A stretch of DNA of 64,000 nt from an uncultured cyanobacterium (GCA_963744145.1 CAVUSO010000001.1:1056001-1120000), one strand, 5' to 3'; positions 28,201-37,245 are shown, numbered from the stretch's first letter. Made by a program: numbers and translations. Notes: generated by a model from the letters alone, not told the origin.

Positions 28201-30457
28201 TGCTAATGTTATATCAGAATTTTATCCTGGCAATGAAGAAGCCATTAATACTTATCTGAACTTGATTCAAATTGATAGGGATGATTTTCATCAAATAAAA
28301 ATTCAATTTTATGCTAAAGAAAAATTGGCAGAAGTTGCTCATGGTAATCGCAAAGTTATAAATTATTTATGGCAGCAATTTTATCGAAATCATAATCAAG
28401 ATAATAGAGAAATAAATGCTGTTATTCTAGGGATTATTGCTAGCGGGAAAATTGATGTAGTAAAAAAAGCGATTGAAACTTTAATTGAAATACTATTTAC
28501 TTGTTCAGAAGAATCTTATTCTTATAGTTTCTATGAATATTTTGAAGAGATAGCTTTGGAAAATATCGATATAAATGTTACTCAAAAAGTCATTGAATAT
28601 CTAACTTACTTACTGGAAACTAAAGAATATAAAAATTTACCTTGGTTAACACCCATGCAGCGGCAAAACCTTCCTTGGTACGAGCAATCAGATGATTCGG
28701 AGGATTGTAAAAGCATAGCTTTTACTCGATATCAACAGATTCGCTTGTGTGCTGCTCAAGCTTTATTCAAGATTAATCCAAACAATCTAGATGCAGTTAT
28801 TACATTAGCTGACTTGATAAAAATTGAAGAATATTATCCTTTCGTTAATGATAAAGATGCAGATTTTATTCGTAGTTCAGCTGTGGAGATATTAGAAAAA
28901 TTTGGGGTTGATAATCAGGTTGTTATCTCGGTTTTAAGCGAGGGTATAGTCAATATTGAAAATGATAATACATTGCGAATTACTGCCGATACTTTAGGAA
29001 AAGTAGCTGCTGATACTAATAATGAATGTGCGATCGAAGCTTTGATTGCACGAATACATAAAACTGAAGATTTATGGAGAGGAAAACAACTTGCTGAAAT
29101 TTTGAGTAAAATTCAACCAAGTCATCCAGAAGCGATTAGATTTTTGCATGAATTAATACTCTCCACATTAAAAAATAATCAACGGGATGAACCTCTAATT
29201 TTAACTGCGGCTAAGGCTTTGGGAACAATTTCACCAAATAATACCCAGGCAATCAATACTTTAATGGAATTACAACAGTTGATTCAAGATCGATTAGATG
29301 ATTTGCTCAATCAGTTAGGGATCAGTTATAAAAATATGGCTGCTTCTACTATTAATGAAATATTAGAAGGAAATTGTAATATTTATGAAGATACTTTTAC
29401 TAGAAATAATTTGTTGAGAGACATATCAAAAACATACATAATCCTAAGAAGATCTATAAAAAATTTAGGTGAATTAACTTACAGTAATGCCAAAGTTATT
29501 GATAGGTTAACAAATTTACTAAGATATCCAGGAGAACAAGTACAGTATGAAGCAGCTTCGAGTTTGGCAAAAATTGACCCCGGTAATTCAAAAGCACTCG
29601 ATACACTGATTGAAATACACCGTAATGCTAAGAGCGAATTCCTTCGCGATCAAGCAGGTGGGATCTTCCAGTTTTTAGCAAATCAAGTACGAGAAATTAG
29701 CGATAGTCAACGGCGTGAAACACTCATTAATGCTATCATTGAAATCATGGAGACACACCCGCACCCATATCAAAGATATCATACGGCTCAAGCTCTAACT
29801 GAAGTTCTTCCCGGTAACGATCAAGTAGTGTCTACTCTACTGGATTTGTTAAATAATTACCCAGAGGTATATCAAGAAAAAATTATTAATACTTTGAAGG
29901 AAACCTTAAGAGGTAAGCAGTTTCAGCAAATAGTTATAGCTTCTAAAAATCCCCTAGAAGATGCTGATAAAAATCATAATGTTAATCTCTTTAAAAACTA
30001 CCACGAACTTTTGTGTTTTTGTGCTGAAAATCTCAGCTATCCTGACTTCTTTCGAGCTTTTCACAATCAATCGGATTTCGAGCATTTGAAACCCTCTATG
30101 CTTCTGGGTAGAGCGATCACACTGATAATTTATTTCCAGGCTAAGGTTAGCTTTTATGTGTCTCAAGTTCGAGAACATCCTTATTATCTAATTTTTGATA
30201 TTTTGCAATTACTGTTTATCGGTATCAAGTGGTCATTAAAATTAGCTGCACTTACTCTTTTTACTCCTTTATTTATGATTTTTTTGTTAATATTTGGGAT
30301 TTTTAATATAAAACTATGGTCTCAATTATTTTATATCCTCAAATCATTTATAGTATTTTTATCGGGACTTATTGTAAGTTTATTCTTTTTTCTGTATGGA
30401 TTGTTATATGCTTTGTGGATACTTATAATTCGTTTTTTAGATAGGTGGCGAAACTAA
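25292..30457 (+). CDS. CHAT protease - NACHT - HEAT-repeat NLR-like protein with C-terminal TM helices, copy 2 (intact)
   Basis: LPWEQW, FFAGHS, FNSCDGLG, WLPVI (CHAT); GEAGIGKS, LLLDGADE, LTCR, NPLRL, FLHPTFHEYFAA (NACHT); HEAT-like repeats; long hydrophobic tail; alternative start 25280. Confidence 0.92.
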   Translation: MVKLVLNFQQGSFTKGFDATLEISDRDHIFTIQGQLPPQPTLPKIYEDWQDSFNKKDGFVEEEVRKKAKSVQENLNTWLNSQLFSPIKSKLAEIFTSSEEVRLLVQAENYQLWRLPWEQWDFFAHHPQLEIALSSPVSKSIKRCTLNQPKTKIRILCIQGNTKGINTAIDIEALQTFCQDKADIKLCQQPSRKELSICLRDKKGWDIIFFAGHSSTDSQQTGRIDINERESLTIPDLKYALRAAIALGLKLAIFNSCDGLGLARNLADLQIPSVVVMREPVPDQVAQVFVEEFLKQFANNESLYSSVRQARESLKNLENQYPCASWLPVICQNPAEDAIAYQELLSGLNTETTWEGACRTLLTLDGIKRLELNMLTKKKGLEIDDIYVPPNLDLVKRFKNNHPQELSQEEQEQQKRENQFPDTYQQDNFFKQVIERGRSIYSQGQRLAIIGEAGIGKSLFLQRLGEWIVWESNTTNQVVIWVSLADLKREQSLEDYLQQNWLEYANQQVKIPATNREDLRALFASGQVFLLLDGADEMPVRLGNPLEVIVRQIATSSVVSQARILLTCRVNVWEANQNVLQNFDVYRHLDFSDRAKYGRTINQVEAFIDRWFNGSEQQRKIGLNLRQELEQESKKKIKDLTKNPLRLSLLCLVWEEQGRLPDTKTELYQQFVEEIYKWKQQQLQLDQAKIESLNKKLAELAIKTLDQSRQNLVKWVMSRWEMSRAEKSNIPLAEAMINWSGNSLLLSRMGPQESPFRIPYFIAWSILGNNDDFAIAEKLGWLNQVGVSAINPQERIYAFLHPTFHEYFAAQAITFEQWNYFLDHHNFFTNHPAYGTYRIFEQQWREVILFWFGRPTEEGTYDKVCKESFLQELWEFRDKCKGFYSLQAQLLAATALGEFRNCSDEIAEKIIPEVIQYSFVIEKSNFLPYDTVIRRAYFALLQTNSSKVKDYLVELLSRIPLNHRVTRYNIANVISEFYPGNEEAINTYLNLIQIDRDDFHQIKIQFYAKEKLAEVAHGNRKVINYLWQQFYRNHNQDNREINAVILGIIASGKIDVVKKAIETLIEILFTCSEESYSYSFYEYFEEIALENIDINVTQKVIEYLTYLLETKEYKNLPWLTPMQRQNLPWYEQSDDSEDCKSIAFTRYQQIRLCAAQALFKINPNNLDAVITLADLIKIEEYYPFVNDKDADFIRSSAVEILEKFGVDNQVVISVLSEGIVNIENDNTLRITADTLGKVAADTNNECAIEALIARIHKTEDLWRGKQLAEILSKIQPSHPEAIRFLHELILSTLKNNQRDEPLILTAAKALGTISPNNTQAINTLMELQQLIQDRLDDLLNQLGISYKNMAASTINEILEGNCNIYEDTFTRNNLLRDISKTYIILRRSIKNLGELTYSNAKVIDRLTNLLRYPGEQVQYEAASSLAKIDPGNSKALDTLIEIHRNAKSEFLRDQAGGIFQFLANQVREISDSQRRETLINAIIEIMETHPHPYQRYHTAQALTEVLPGNDQVVSTLLDLLNNYPEVYQEKIINTLKETLRGKQFQQIVIASKNPLEDADKNHNVNLFKNYHELLCFCAENLSYPDFFRAFHNQSDFEHLKPSMLLGRAITLIIYFQAKVSFYVSQVREHPYYLIFDILQLLFIGIKWSLKLAALTLFTPLFMIFLLIFGIFNIKLWSQLFYILKSFIVFLSGLIVSLFFFLYGLLYALWILIIRFLDRWRN

Positions 30458-30559
30458 ATCAAGAGCTATACAAAACTCCCCTATCTTTTCTATTAGGCGA
30501 TCACGATCCTGCTCAAATTATCGCCAACTCTATCATAACACTTTTACATCTTTTATACC

Positions 30560-30740
30560 TGATAATTCTATGCTGATTCTATAGATAATTTAGATAATTC
30601 TACGCTGATTCTATGGATAATTTCTACAATTCTCTGCTCATTCTACCCTGATTCTATGGATAATTTCTCCAATTCTCTGCTAATTCTACCCTGATTTAAC
30701 AGTTTTCTATGAACATAAAGCTAATTCTCTGCTAATTCTA
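30560..30740. repeat. Degenerate ~11-bp ATTCT-core tandem array including a 43-bp duplication
   Basis: CTGATT recurs at 30605, 30648 and 30691; TTCT recurs every 10-11 bp. Confidence 0.8.
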
Positions 30741-30979
30741 TGGTGACGAGAGAGTTTCTACTAATAAAATCGAGAATCATTCGTTGATTCTCCGAAGTTT
30801 ATTCAGTAATTATCCGATCATCTATGTAAAATTCTACAGTAATTCTACAGCCATGTATATAAATTTCTATTTATTACAGTGTTTACAGCATATTCCCGAT
30901 TTATAGTGTGATGGTTGTGGTGGGGCGGATTCACGCCAGAAGTTTGCCCCACCGACAACGGCTCAAAACCCGCTCCGCT

Positions 30980-31282
30980 TCACTGCTGCACCAACCAAGT
31001 CTGTAACTCTTCCACCGTGGAAAAGTCTAGTAACTCCTCAGCCAATGCTTCCAATTGCTCCAGTGACAAACGAGTAATTTGCTGTTGCAAGGTTTCATCT
31101 AAGGGTCCGACACGACGATTTAACAGGCGCAATACTAACTGCACTTCTCCTGCTAGTCGTCCTCGTTGTTCACCTCGTCGTTCACCTTCTTGCAAGCCTT
31201 TTTGCAAACCTTCTTGCAAACCTTTTTGTAAACCTTCTTGCAAAATTTGCTGATACCAAGGAGACTCTATTAAGACTGTCAG
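30980..31282 (-). pseudogene. C-terminal fragment of an Rpn-family protein (DUF4351) with 12-bp tandem repeats
   Basis: LTVLIESPWYQQILQEGLQKGLQEG...LRLLNRRVG...LSLEQLEALAEELLDFSTVEELQTWL; N-terminal nuclease domain absent. Confidence 0.8.
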
Positions 31283-31457
31283 CCTTAGTTTGAGAAATCT
31301 GACTAAAAGTTTTACCTAAGTTTGCCACATCTTTGACTCTTGGGATCATTTCTTGAGCGCGAACTAATTCAGGCTGATTCGATGATGGAGTTGTTGAGGT
31401 AAACGCAAATTGATGTTCGCGTTCTACCTCAATCAATTGAGTTTGGTTGAACTAGCA

Positions 31458-31676
31458 ATGTTTTTCAGTAAGGACAAACCGGAACTATTTCCTGAAGCGA
31501 TCGATGGTATTGTTGATGAAACGATTTCTTCTATGCAGCCCGGAAGAGTCAAGTGTCTAGGGAGTTATTGGCCAGCAAGACTTTACCAATTTGAGCGTCC
31601 AGTAACTCTAATTCCTGAGCAAACTGTATCTGTTGTTGGTCGTGTCGGAATTACTTTGCTGGTAATTCCGATGTAA
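31458..31676 (+). CDS. Stand-alone NfeD-like C-terminal OB-fold protein
   Basis: GIVDETI...GRVKCLGSYWPARL...VSVVGRVGITLLVIP. Confidence 0.8.
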   Translation: MFFSKDKPELFPEAIDGIVDETISSMQPGRVKCLGSYWPARLYQFERPVTLIPEQTVSVVGRVGITLLVIPM

Positions 31677-31688
31677 TTAGGTTAAGTG

Positions 31689-32420
31689 CTAAATAAAATC
31701 TAGGTCTTCATCACCTTGGGTTGCAGCTAGTTCTAGGGCGATCGCTCGCAATAAAGGTAATCCTTTTCGCTTCCAAAAAGAGTTGATTGTTTGAATATTG
31801 ATGTTAAACTCTCTGGCGATCGCTGTCATTTTGTCTGGTGTTTGTTGCAATAATAATCGTTTTCCCACTGATTGACAGTTACAATTAGGATGTTTTTGCG
31901 GATGACATTGTTGCAGTTTTCCTTCTGGATCTTTCTCAATATATCGTTTTAACTTGGTAGCAAAACGCTGCTTTTTTTCCTGCTCAATTTTTTCAATGTA
32001 GTTTTCAATCCCTTCGCAAGTTATTAAATTTGGCTCTTTGGTATTTAATACGCTATCTAAGGGAATAAATGGCTGAGAATTTCGACCGTATAAAGTGAGA
32101 ATTTGATACCAAAGATAACGGTTAATCCAGATTAATAAGCTTCCTTCAATTGATGAACATCTTGGCTCAAAATTGGGAAGGTTTTTGATGAACCATTGCC
32201 AAGTTTTATTGAGAGCTTCTAAATAGTCTGGATGGGAAGATTTATACAGTCCGGGTGATTTTTGTAGCTCAATTAGTAGTCGTTTAATTGCCTGTTTCCA
32301 TTGAGAAGTAGTTGGAGAATATTCGTAAGCAATTAGGATGAGTTCACAGAGTTTTTTATCTTTGGCACTGTCGTTACAATGTCGCTCTAATCTTTCTCGA
32401 AATTCTTTTATGCTATCCAT
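31689..32420 (-). CDS. Cyanobacterial sigma-70-like alternative sigma factor
   Basis: EALNKTWQWFIKNL..FEP, WINRYL, IEKDPEG, C-terminal HTH TAIAREFNINIQTINSFWKRK. Confidence 0.7.
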   Translation of the reverse strand: MDSIKEFRERLERHCNDSAKDKKLCELILIAYEYSPTTSQWKQAIKRLLIELQKSPGLYKSSHPDYLEALNKTWQWFIKNLPNFEPRCSSIEGSLLIWINRYLWYQILTLYGRNSQPFIPLDSVLNTKEPNLITCEGIENYIEKIEQEKKQRFATKLKRYIEKDPEGKLQQCHPQKHPNCNCQSVGKRLLLQQTPDKMTAIAREFNINIQTINSFWKRKGLPLLRAIALELAATQGDEDLDFI

Positions 32421-32633
32421 AAATTTATCCTCAATCAAATTTTGATGCACAGTTACCCCCGATCGCGCTGGACTCAAATACCTTGAGAGGGTTTTAAGTC
32501 CTGACTGTTTCATCTTGATTTGAGGCTGAATTAGTTCTAGATTGAGAAATAATTAAAATAGTTAAATATCTGTCAGATTTGTGTAAAACTTGTGATCAGG
32601 ATGGAAAGCAAAAAGCCCCAGGAGGTTCTAGCT

Positions 32634-35600
32634 ATGTCGCGATCGCTTAAAGTCGCACCAGAGTACATTACCAAAGTTAAAGCTGCTGTGCAAAGGGCGA
32701 ATTATCCCAGTCAGAAAGAGTTAGCTCTAGACTTGAATCTCTCTCGTCCCACTGTTGTCAATTACTTGAACGGTAAACCAGTTGATGTCACGAATTTTAT
32801 CGAAATTAGTATAAGATTGGGACTAGATTGGCAAGAAATTAGCTGTTTAGAAGACCCAGGTAAAGATATCTCCAACCCGAAAAATTCTGTCCAGATCATC
32901 AATACTTACCAAGACTGGGGAGATGCTCCTGATGTTTCTTTTTTCTGTGGAAGGGAAAATGAAAGAACTACTATCCAAAAATGGATCATGCAAGATGGTT
33001 GTCGTCTGGTGGTACTATTGGGAATGGGTGGTATTGGTAAAACCGCTTTATCTGTACGGATTGCTCAAGAAATTGCTAGTGAATTTAATTATATTATCTG
33101 GCGTAGTCTTAAGAATGCACCACCTATTTCTGACATATTAACAGTATTAATCAGATTTCTCTCGAGCCAAAAAGAAACTAATTTGTCTACCAATTTTGAA
33201 GACCAGATATCGCAGTTAATTGAATATTTACGCATTTATCGGTGTTTAGTAGTTCTAGATAATGCTGAATCAATTTTGCCCAACAGTACAGAACAATATC
33301 GTCAGGACTTTGAAGGTTATGGTAAACTAATCAAACGCATTGGTGAAACACCTCATCGTAGTTGTTTGTTGCTCACCAGTCGGGAAAAACCTAGAGAATT
33401 AGCAGCGTTAGAAGGTGAAACATTACCTGTTCGCTCTTTCCAGTTAATAGGTTTACAACCATCAGATGGACAGGAGATTTTAAAAGCTAAAGGTTTATCA
33501 ATTGGTTCGATAAATGACGGCTCGAAAGAACTAATCAACCGTTGCGCTGGTAATCCTTTAGTATTAAGCATAATTGCTACTAATATTCAAGATTTGTTTG
33601 ATGGCAATATTGAAGAATTTTTAAAGCAAGAGACTATTATATTTGATGACATTCGCGTTCTTTTAGAGCAACAAATTAATCCCCTTTCTGAATTAGAAAA
33701 GCAAATCATGTATTGGTTAGCGATCGAGAGAGAACCTATTTCTAGCCAAGTATTACAAGATAATATTATCTCCCCAATATCCTTAAAAAAATTGGATTCT
33801 CTTACTGCTTTAGTGCGTCGTTCTCTCATTGAAAAGAGTGAGGGCAATTTTACCCAGCAATCGGTTGTGATGGAATATATGACCGCCAGAATTATTGAGG
33901 AAGTTTGTCAAGAAATTCAGACAGGTAACCTGGTATTTTTGCACAGCTATACTCTGATTAAAGCAACAGCAAAAGACTATATTCGATCAATTCAAAAAAC
34001 CTTAATTCTTAAACCCATTGCTGACCAACTCTTAACTGTTTATGTTACCCAGCAATCTGTGATCGAGCAACTCAAAAATATTCTTGATCTACTCAGAAAA
34101 AATTATGCTGGCAAACCCAGTTATGCTGGTGGAAATATGATCAATTTGCTGGCCTATTGTCAAGCTGATTTAACTGATTATAATTTTTCTTATTTAACAA
34201 TTTGGCAAGCATTTCTGAGGGATATTAATTTACATAATTGTAATTTCAGTTACACTGATTTAACCAAATCTATTTTTACTGAAACGATGACTAATATTTT
34301 CACAGTAGCATTCAGTCCGGATGGAAAACTGATCGCTACTGGTGATGAGTCTGGTGAAGTTCATTTGTGGAAAGTTTCTAGTGGTCAAAAACTTTTTAAT
34401 TGTCAAGAGCATCTCCGTGTAGTTAGGTCAGTTGCGTTTAGTCCAGATGGAGAAACTTTAGCGACTGGGAGTTCTGATTCTCTGATCAAATTATGGAATG
34501 TTAAGGATGCTAGGTGCTTTAAGGTTTTAGCAGGACACAGTCATTGGATACATTCAGTTGTATTTAGTCCGGATGGGAAAAATTTAGCTAGTGGTAGTAG
34601 TGATAATACAATTAAATTATGGGATATTACTACTGGTAAATGTCATCTAACTTTAACTGGACATACTAATTTTTTACGAGCAGTTGCTTTTAGTCCGGAT
34701 GGGAAAATTTTAGCGAGTAGTAGTAGCGATCGCGAATTGAGACTCTGGGATATTAAGACGGGGGAATGTCTAACTATTGTCAGTCAAAATGAACAAACTA
34801 TTTACGCTGTTGCTTTTAGTCCTAATGGGAAAATGTTAGCGAGTGGGAGTGGAGACAATAAGGTAAAATTATGGGATATCCAAGATGTTCACAATCTCCA
34901 GTGTTTAGCTACTTTAGAAGAACATACCGATCGCGTTTATACAGTTGCATTTAGTCCAGATGGACAAATTTTAGCTAGCGGTAGTAACGATCACACGATA
35001 AAATTATGGAATCTCCAAGATATTAAGAATATTAAATGTCAAACCACTTGGAGAGGACATACTGGTTGGATACGTTCAATTGCTTTTAGTCCAGATGGAA
35101 AAACTTTAGTTAGTGGTAGTCACGATCAAACTGTAAAATTGTGGGATGTTCGGGATAGTGCTGATGGTAAATGTTTAGCAACTTGGCAAGGAAAAAATGA
35201 CTGGATTCGTTCTGTTGCTTTTAGTGCTAATGGAAATTTTGTTGCTAGTGGTGGTAATGACAAAGTAGTCAGATTGTGGGATATTAGTCAGGGGAAATGT
35301 ATCGCTACTTGGTCTGGACATCAAGATATAGTCTATGCAGTTGCTTTTAGTCCTGATGACAAAATTATTGCTAGTGGTAGTTATGATTGTCAGGTAAAAT
35401 TATGGGATATTAGTAATGGTAAATGTTTAACAACTTTAGCCGGACATACTTATCGAGTCCAAGCGATCGCTTTTAATCCAAAGGGAAATATTCTTGCTAG
35501 TGGGAGTCGCGATCGCACCATCAAATTATGGGATATTACTAATAGTGAGTGTTTAGCAACTTTAATCGGACATACCGATCGAGTTTGTCAAGTTACTTTT

Positions 35601-36176
35601 AGCCCAAATGGCAAAATTCTCGCTAGTAGCGGTTACGACTGTACAATCAAATTATGGGATGTTAGTAAGAGGGAATGTTTGGCAACTTTGTCGGGACATG
35701 AAAGAGAAGTAAATGCGATCGCATTTAGTCCAGATGGTCAAGTTTTAGTCAGTGGTAGTGATGATAATACGCTGCGTTTTTGGGATGTAAATACTCATCA
35801 GTGTCTAGATACTAGATTAGAACCTACTCATTGGATCTATTCAGTAGTTTTCAGCCCAAATGGAAAAATTTTTGCTACTGGTAATGGTGATAAAACTGTG
35901 CGTCTGTGGGATGCTAATACCCATGAATGTTTAGCAATTTTATCAGGACATGAGAATTCGGTACATTCTGTTGCTTTCAGTGCAGATGGTTTAACTCTGG
36001 TAAGTGGTAGCGGAGATAAAACTATCAAATTGTGGGATGTGCAAACGAAAAACTGTGTAAAAACCCTTTCACCACCCAGACCCTATGAAGGGATGAATAT
36101 TACCGGAGCAACCGGTTTAACTGAAGCAACAAAAGCAACTCTTTTTGTTTTAGGAGCAGTGGAAAATCGCGAATGA
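32634..36176 (+). CDS. HTH - NB-ARC - pentapeptide - WD40 repeat protein (NLR-like)
   Basis: AGGAGG RBS at 32620; SQKELA HTH, DWGDAP, GMGGIGKT, VLDNAE, LTSRE, GNPL; about 14 GH...VAFSPDG...LWD repeats; RPYEGMNITG. Confidence 0.95.
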   Translation: MSRSLKVAPEYITKVKAAVQRANYPSQKELALDLNLSRPTVVNYLNGKPVDVTNFIEISIRLGLDWQEISCLEDPGKDISNPKNSVQIINTYQDWGDAPDVSFFCGRENERTTIQKWIMQDGCRLVVLLGMGGIGKTALSVRIAQEIASEFNYIIWRSLKNAPPISDILTVLIRFLSSQKETNLSTNFEDQISQLIEYLRIYRCLVVLDNAESILPNSTEQYRQDFEGYGKLIKRIGETPHRSCLLLTSREKPRELAALEGETLPVRSFQLIGLQPSDGQEILKAKGLSIGSINDGSKELINRCAGNPLVLSIIATNIQDLFDGNIEEFLKQETIIFDDIRVLLEQQINPLSELEKQIMYWLAIEREPISSQVLQDNIISPISLKKLDSLTALVRRSLIEKSEGNFTQQSVVMEYMTARIIEEVCQEIQTGNLVFLHSYTLIKATAKDYIRSIQKTLILKPIADQLLTVYVTQQSVIEQLKNILDLLRKNYAGKPSYAGGNMINLLAYCQADLTDYNFSYLTIWQAFLRDINLHNCNFSYTDLTKSIFTETMTNIFTVAFSPDGKLIATGDESGEVHLWKVSSGQKLFNCQEHLRVVRSVAFSPDGETLATGSSDSLIKLWNVKDARCFKVLAGHSHWIHSVVFSPDGKNLASGSSDNTIKLWDITTGKCHLTLTGHTNFLRAVAFSPDGKILASSSSDRELRLWDIKTGECLTIVSQNEQTIYAVAFSPNGKMLASGSGDNKVKLWDIQDVHNLQCLATLEEHTDRVYTVAFSPDGQILASGSNDHTIKLWNLQDIKNIKCQTTWRGHTGWIRSIAFSPDGKTLVSGSHDQTVKLWDVRDSADGKCLATWQGKNDWIRSVAFSANGNFVASGGNDKVVRLWDISQGKCIATWSGHQDIVYAVAFSPDDKIIASGSYDCQVKLWDISNGKCLTTLAGHTYRVQAIAFNPKGNILASGSRDRTIKLWDITNSECLATLIGHTDRVCQVTFSPNGKILASSGYDCTIKLWDVSKRECLATLSGHEREVNAIAFSPDGQVLVSGSDDNTLRFWDVNTHQCLDTRLEPTHWIYSVVFSPNGKIFATGNGDKTVRLWDANTHECLAILSGHENSVHSVAFSADGLTLVSGSGDKTIKLWDVQTKNCVKTLSPPRPYEGMNITGATGLTEATKATLFVLGAVENRE

Positions 36177-36261
36177 ATAGAATTTGAAGAAGATGGGGAA
36201 GTCGAAGGATGGCTGATATTCTGTCCAAATACTTTGCCCTTTTTCACCTAGGTTTGTTATA

Positions 36262-36580
36262 GACCTAACCCCCCAACCCCCTTCCCTGCAAGGGAAGGGG
36301 GAGTAATTAAGATGATTAAATATTTGAGATTGAATCGGATTAATTCTGCTCCTCTCAATAGGGTTCGGTTAATTGTAGGGGTGAAGCATTCGGGCGATAA
36401 TTGATCAGCTCAAACGAGTAATATTAGATCCGAATGCTTCACCCAACTGCCGTCAATATCTCCCAAAATATCTTTAAACGAACCCTATTGGCTCCCCTCT
36501 CACATTGCAGGAAAGGGGGTGGGGGAAAGTTCATTCTGCTCCCCTTTCCTCTTAGGAGAGGGGTTGGGGGAGAGGTTTCT
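36262..36580. repeat. Cluster of cyanobacterial short dispersed palindromic repeats
   Basis: CCCCTTCCCTGCAAGGGAAGGGG, CTCCCCTCTC...GGGGGTGGGGG, CTCCCCTTTCC...GGAGAGGGG. Confidence 0.7.
36356..36490. mobile_element. MITE-like element, TIR CAATAGGGTTCG/CGAACCCTATTG, internal GGGTGAAGCATTCGG/CCGAATGCTTCACCC hairpin
   Basis: Two nested inverted-repeat pairs; same family as 8417-8646. Confidence 0.7.
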
Positions 36581-36633
36581 TGATTGAGATCCTCAAAAAA
36601 AAATCCTTAACTCAATCTGATTGCCTGATCCTC

Positions 36634-36798
36634 TTAAAACAGGGTATAAATAAAGGGGGCAATTACAGAAGACTGACTTAGGATAATTAAAGCTCCTAAG
36701 AAAACCAACGTAATAATCAGAGGTAAGAGCCAATATTTGCGGCGTTCCCGCATAAATGCCCATAAGTCTTTCAGAAAGTCTAATGTCGATTCAAACAT
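36634..36798 (-). CDS. SxtK-like small membrane protein (DUF5989), 54 aa, not in the ORF track
   Basis: Manual translation MFESTLDFLKDLWAFMRERRKYWLLPLIITLVFLGALIILSQSSVIAPFIYTLF*. Confidence 0.9.
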   Translation of the reverse strand: MFESTLDFLKDLWAFMRERRKYWLLPLIITLVFLGALIILSQSSVIAPFIYTLF

Positions 36799-37208
36799 TA
36801 GAAAGGTCGCTCCATACTAACTTTTGATCTTAGTTTACTTTGAACTCGGTAAGTTTCCTGTTCTCTGTGCAAAGTTCGGCGCATTGGATCATCTTTCTTT
36901 AATCGCTTGAACAGTGCTAGTGGGAACAGCACTAGATAAAAAACTACACCTAAAATAATTGGTGTTTGAATCGCACTCATCAACAGTCCAAAACGCATCC
37001 AGATTAAATAAATGGGATTGAGGAGGTTTGGTGCTAAGAACGCTAACGTGCCCAAACCGATCGCGATCGCCCAGGGCCACCAAGGTAAATCGTGATGTCG
37101 GAGCAGTGGGAGCAATAACCCGAATAATCCTGCGATTATACCTCCGAAGAGTAGACCAAAATCGCGTAAGCCTTGACGATCAAGTTTGGGGATGGGATGA
37201 TGGCTCAT
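36798..37208 (-). CDS. SxtJ-family membrane protein
   Basis: LRDFGL, LNPIYLIWMRFG, ILGVVFYLV, DPMRR, SMERPF. Confidence 0.9.
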   Translation of the reverse strand: MSHHPIPKLDRQGLRDFGLLFGGIIAGLFGLLLPLLRHHDLPWWPWAIAIGLGTLAFLAPNLLNPIYLIWMRFGLLMSAIQTPIILGVVFYLVLFPLALFKRLKKDDPMRRTLHREQETYRVQSKLRSKVSMERPF

Positions 37209-37245
37209 GGTTTTTTGGTAATTAAGTAATTTAGTCAAAGGAACT

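Noticed and set aside
30560..30740. Possible CRISPR array
   Set aside because: Repeats are contiguous and degenerate with no unique spacers, and there are no cas genes in the window
31182..31436. 84-aa ORF overlapping the Rpn fragment
   Set aside because: Its C-terminus is an off-frame reading of the Rpn 12-bp repeats; no independent support
34290..36060. Regularly spaced DNA repeats (TTTAGTCC..ATGG)
   Set aside because: Explained by WD40 coding repeats
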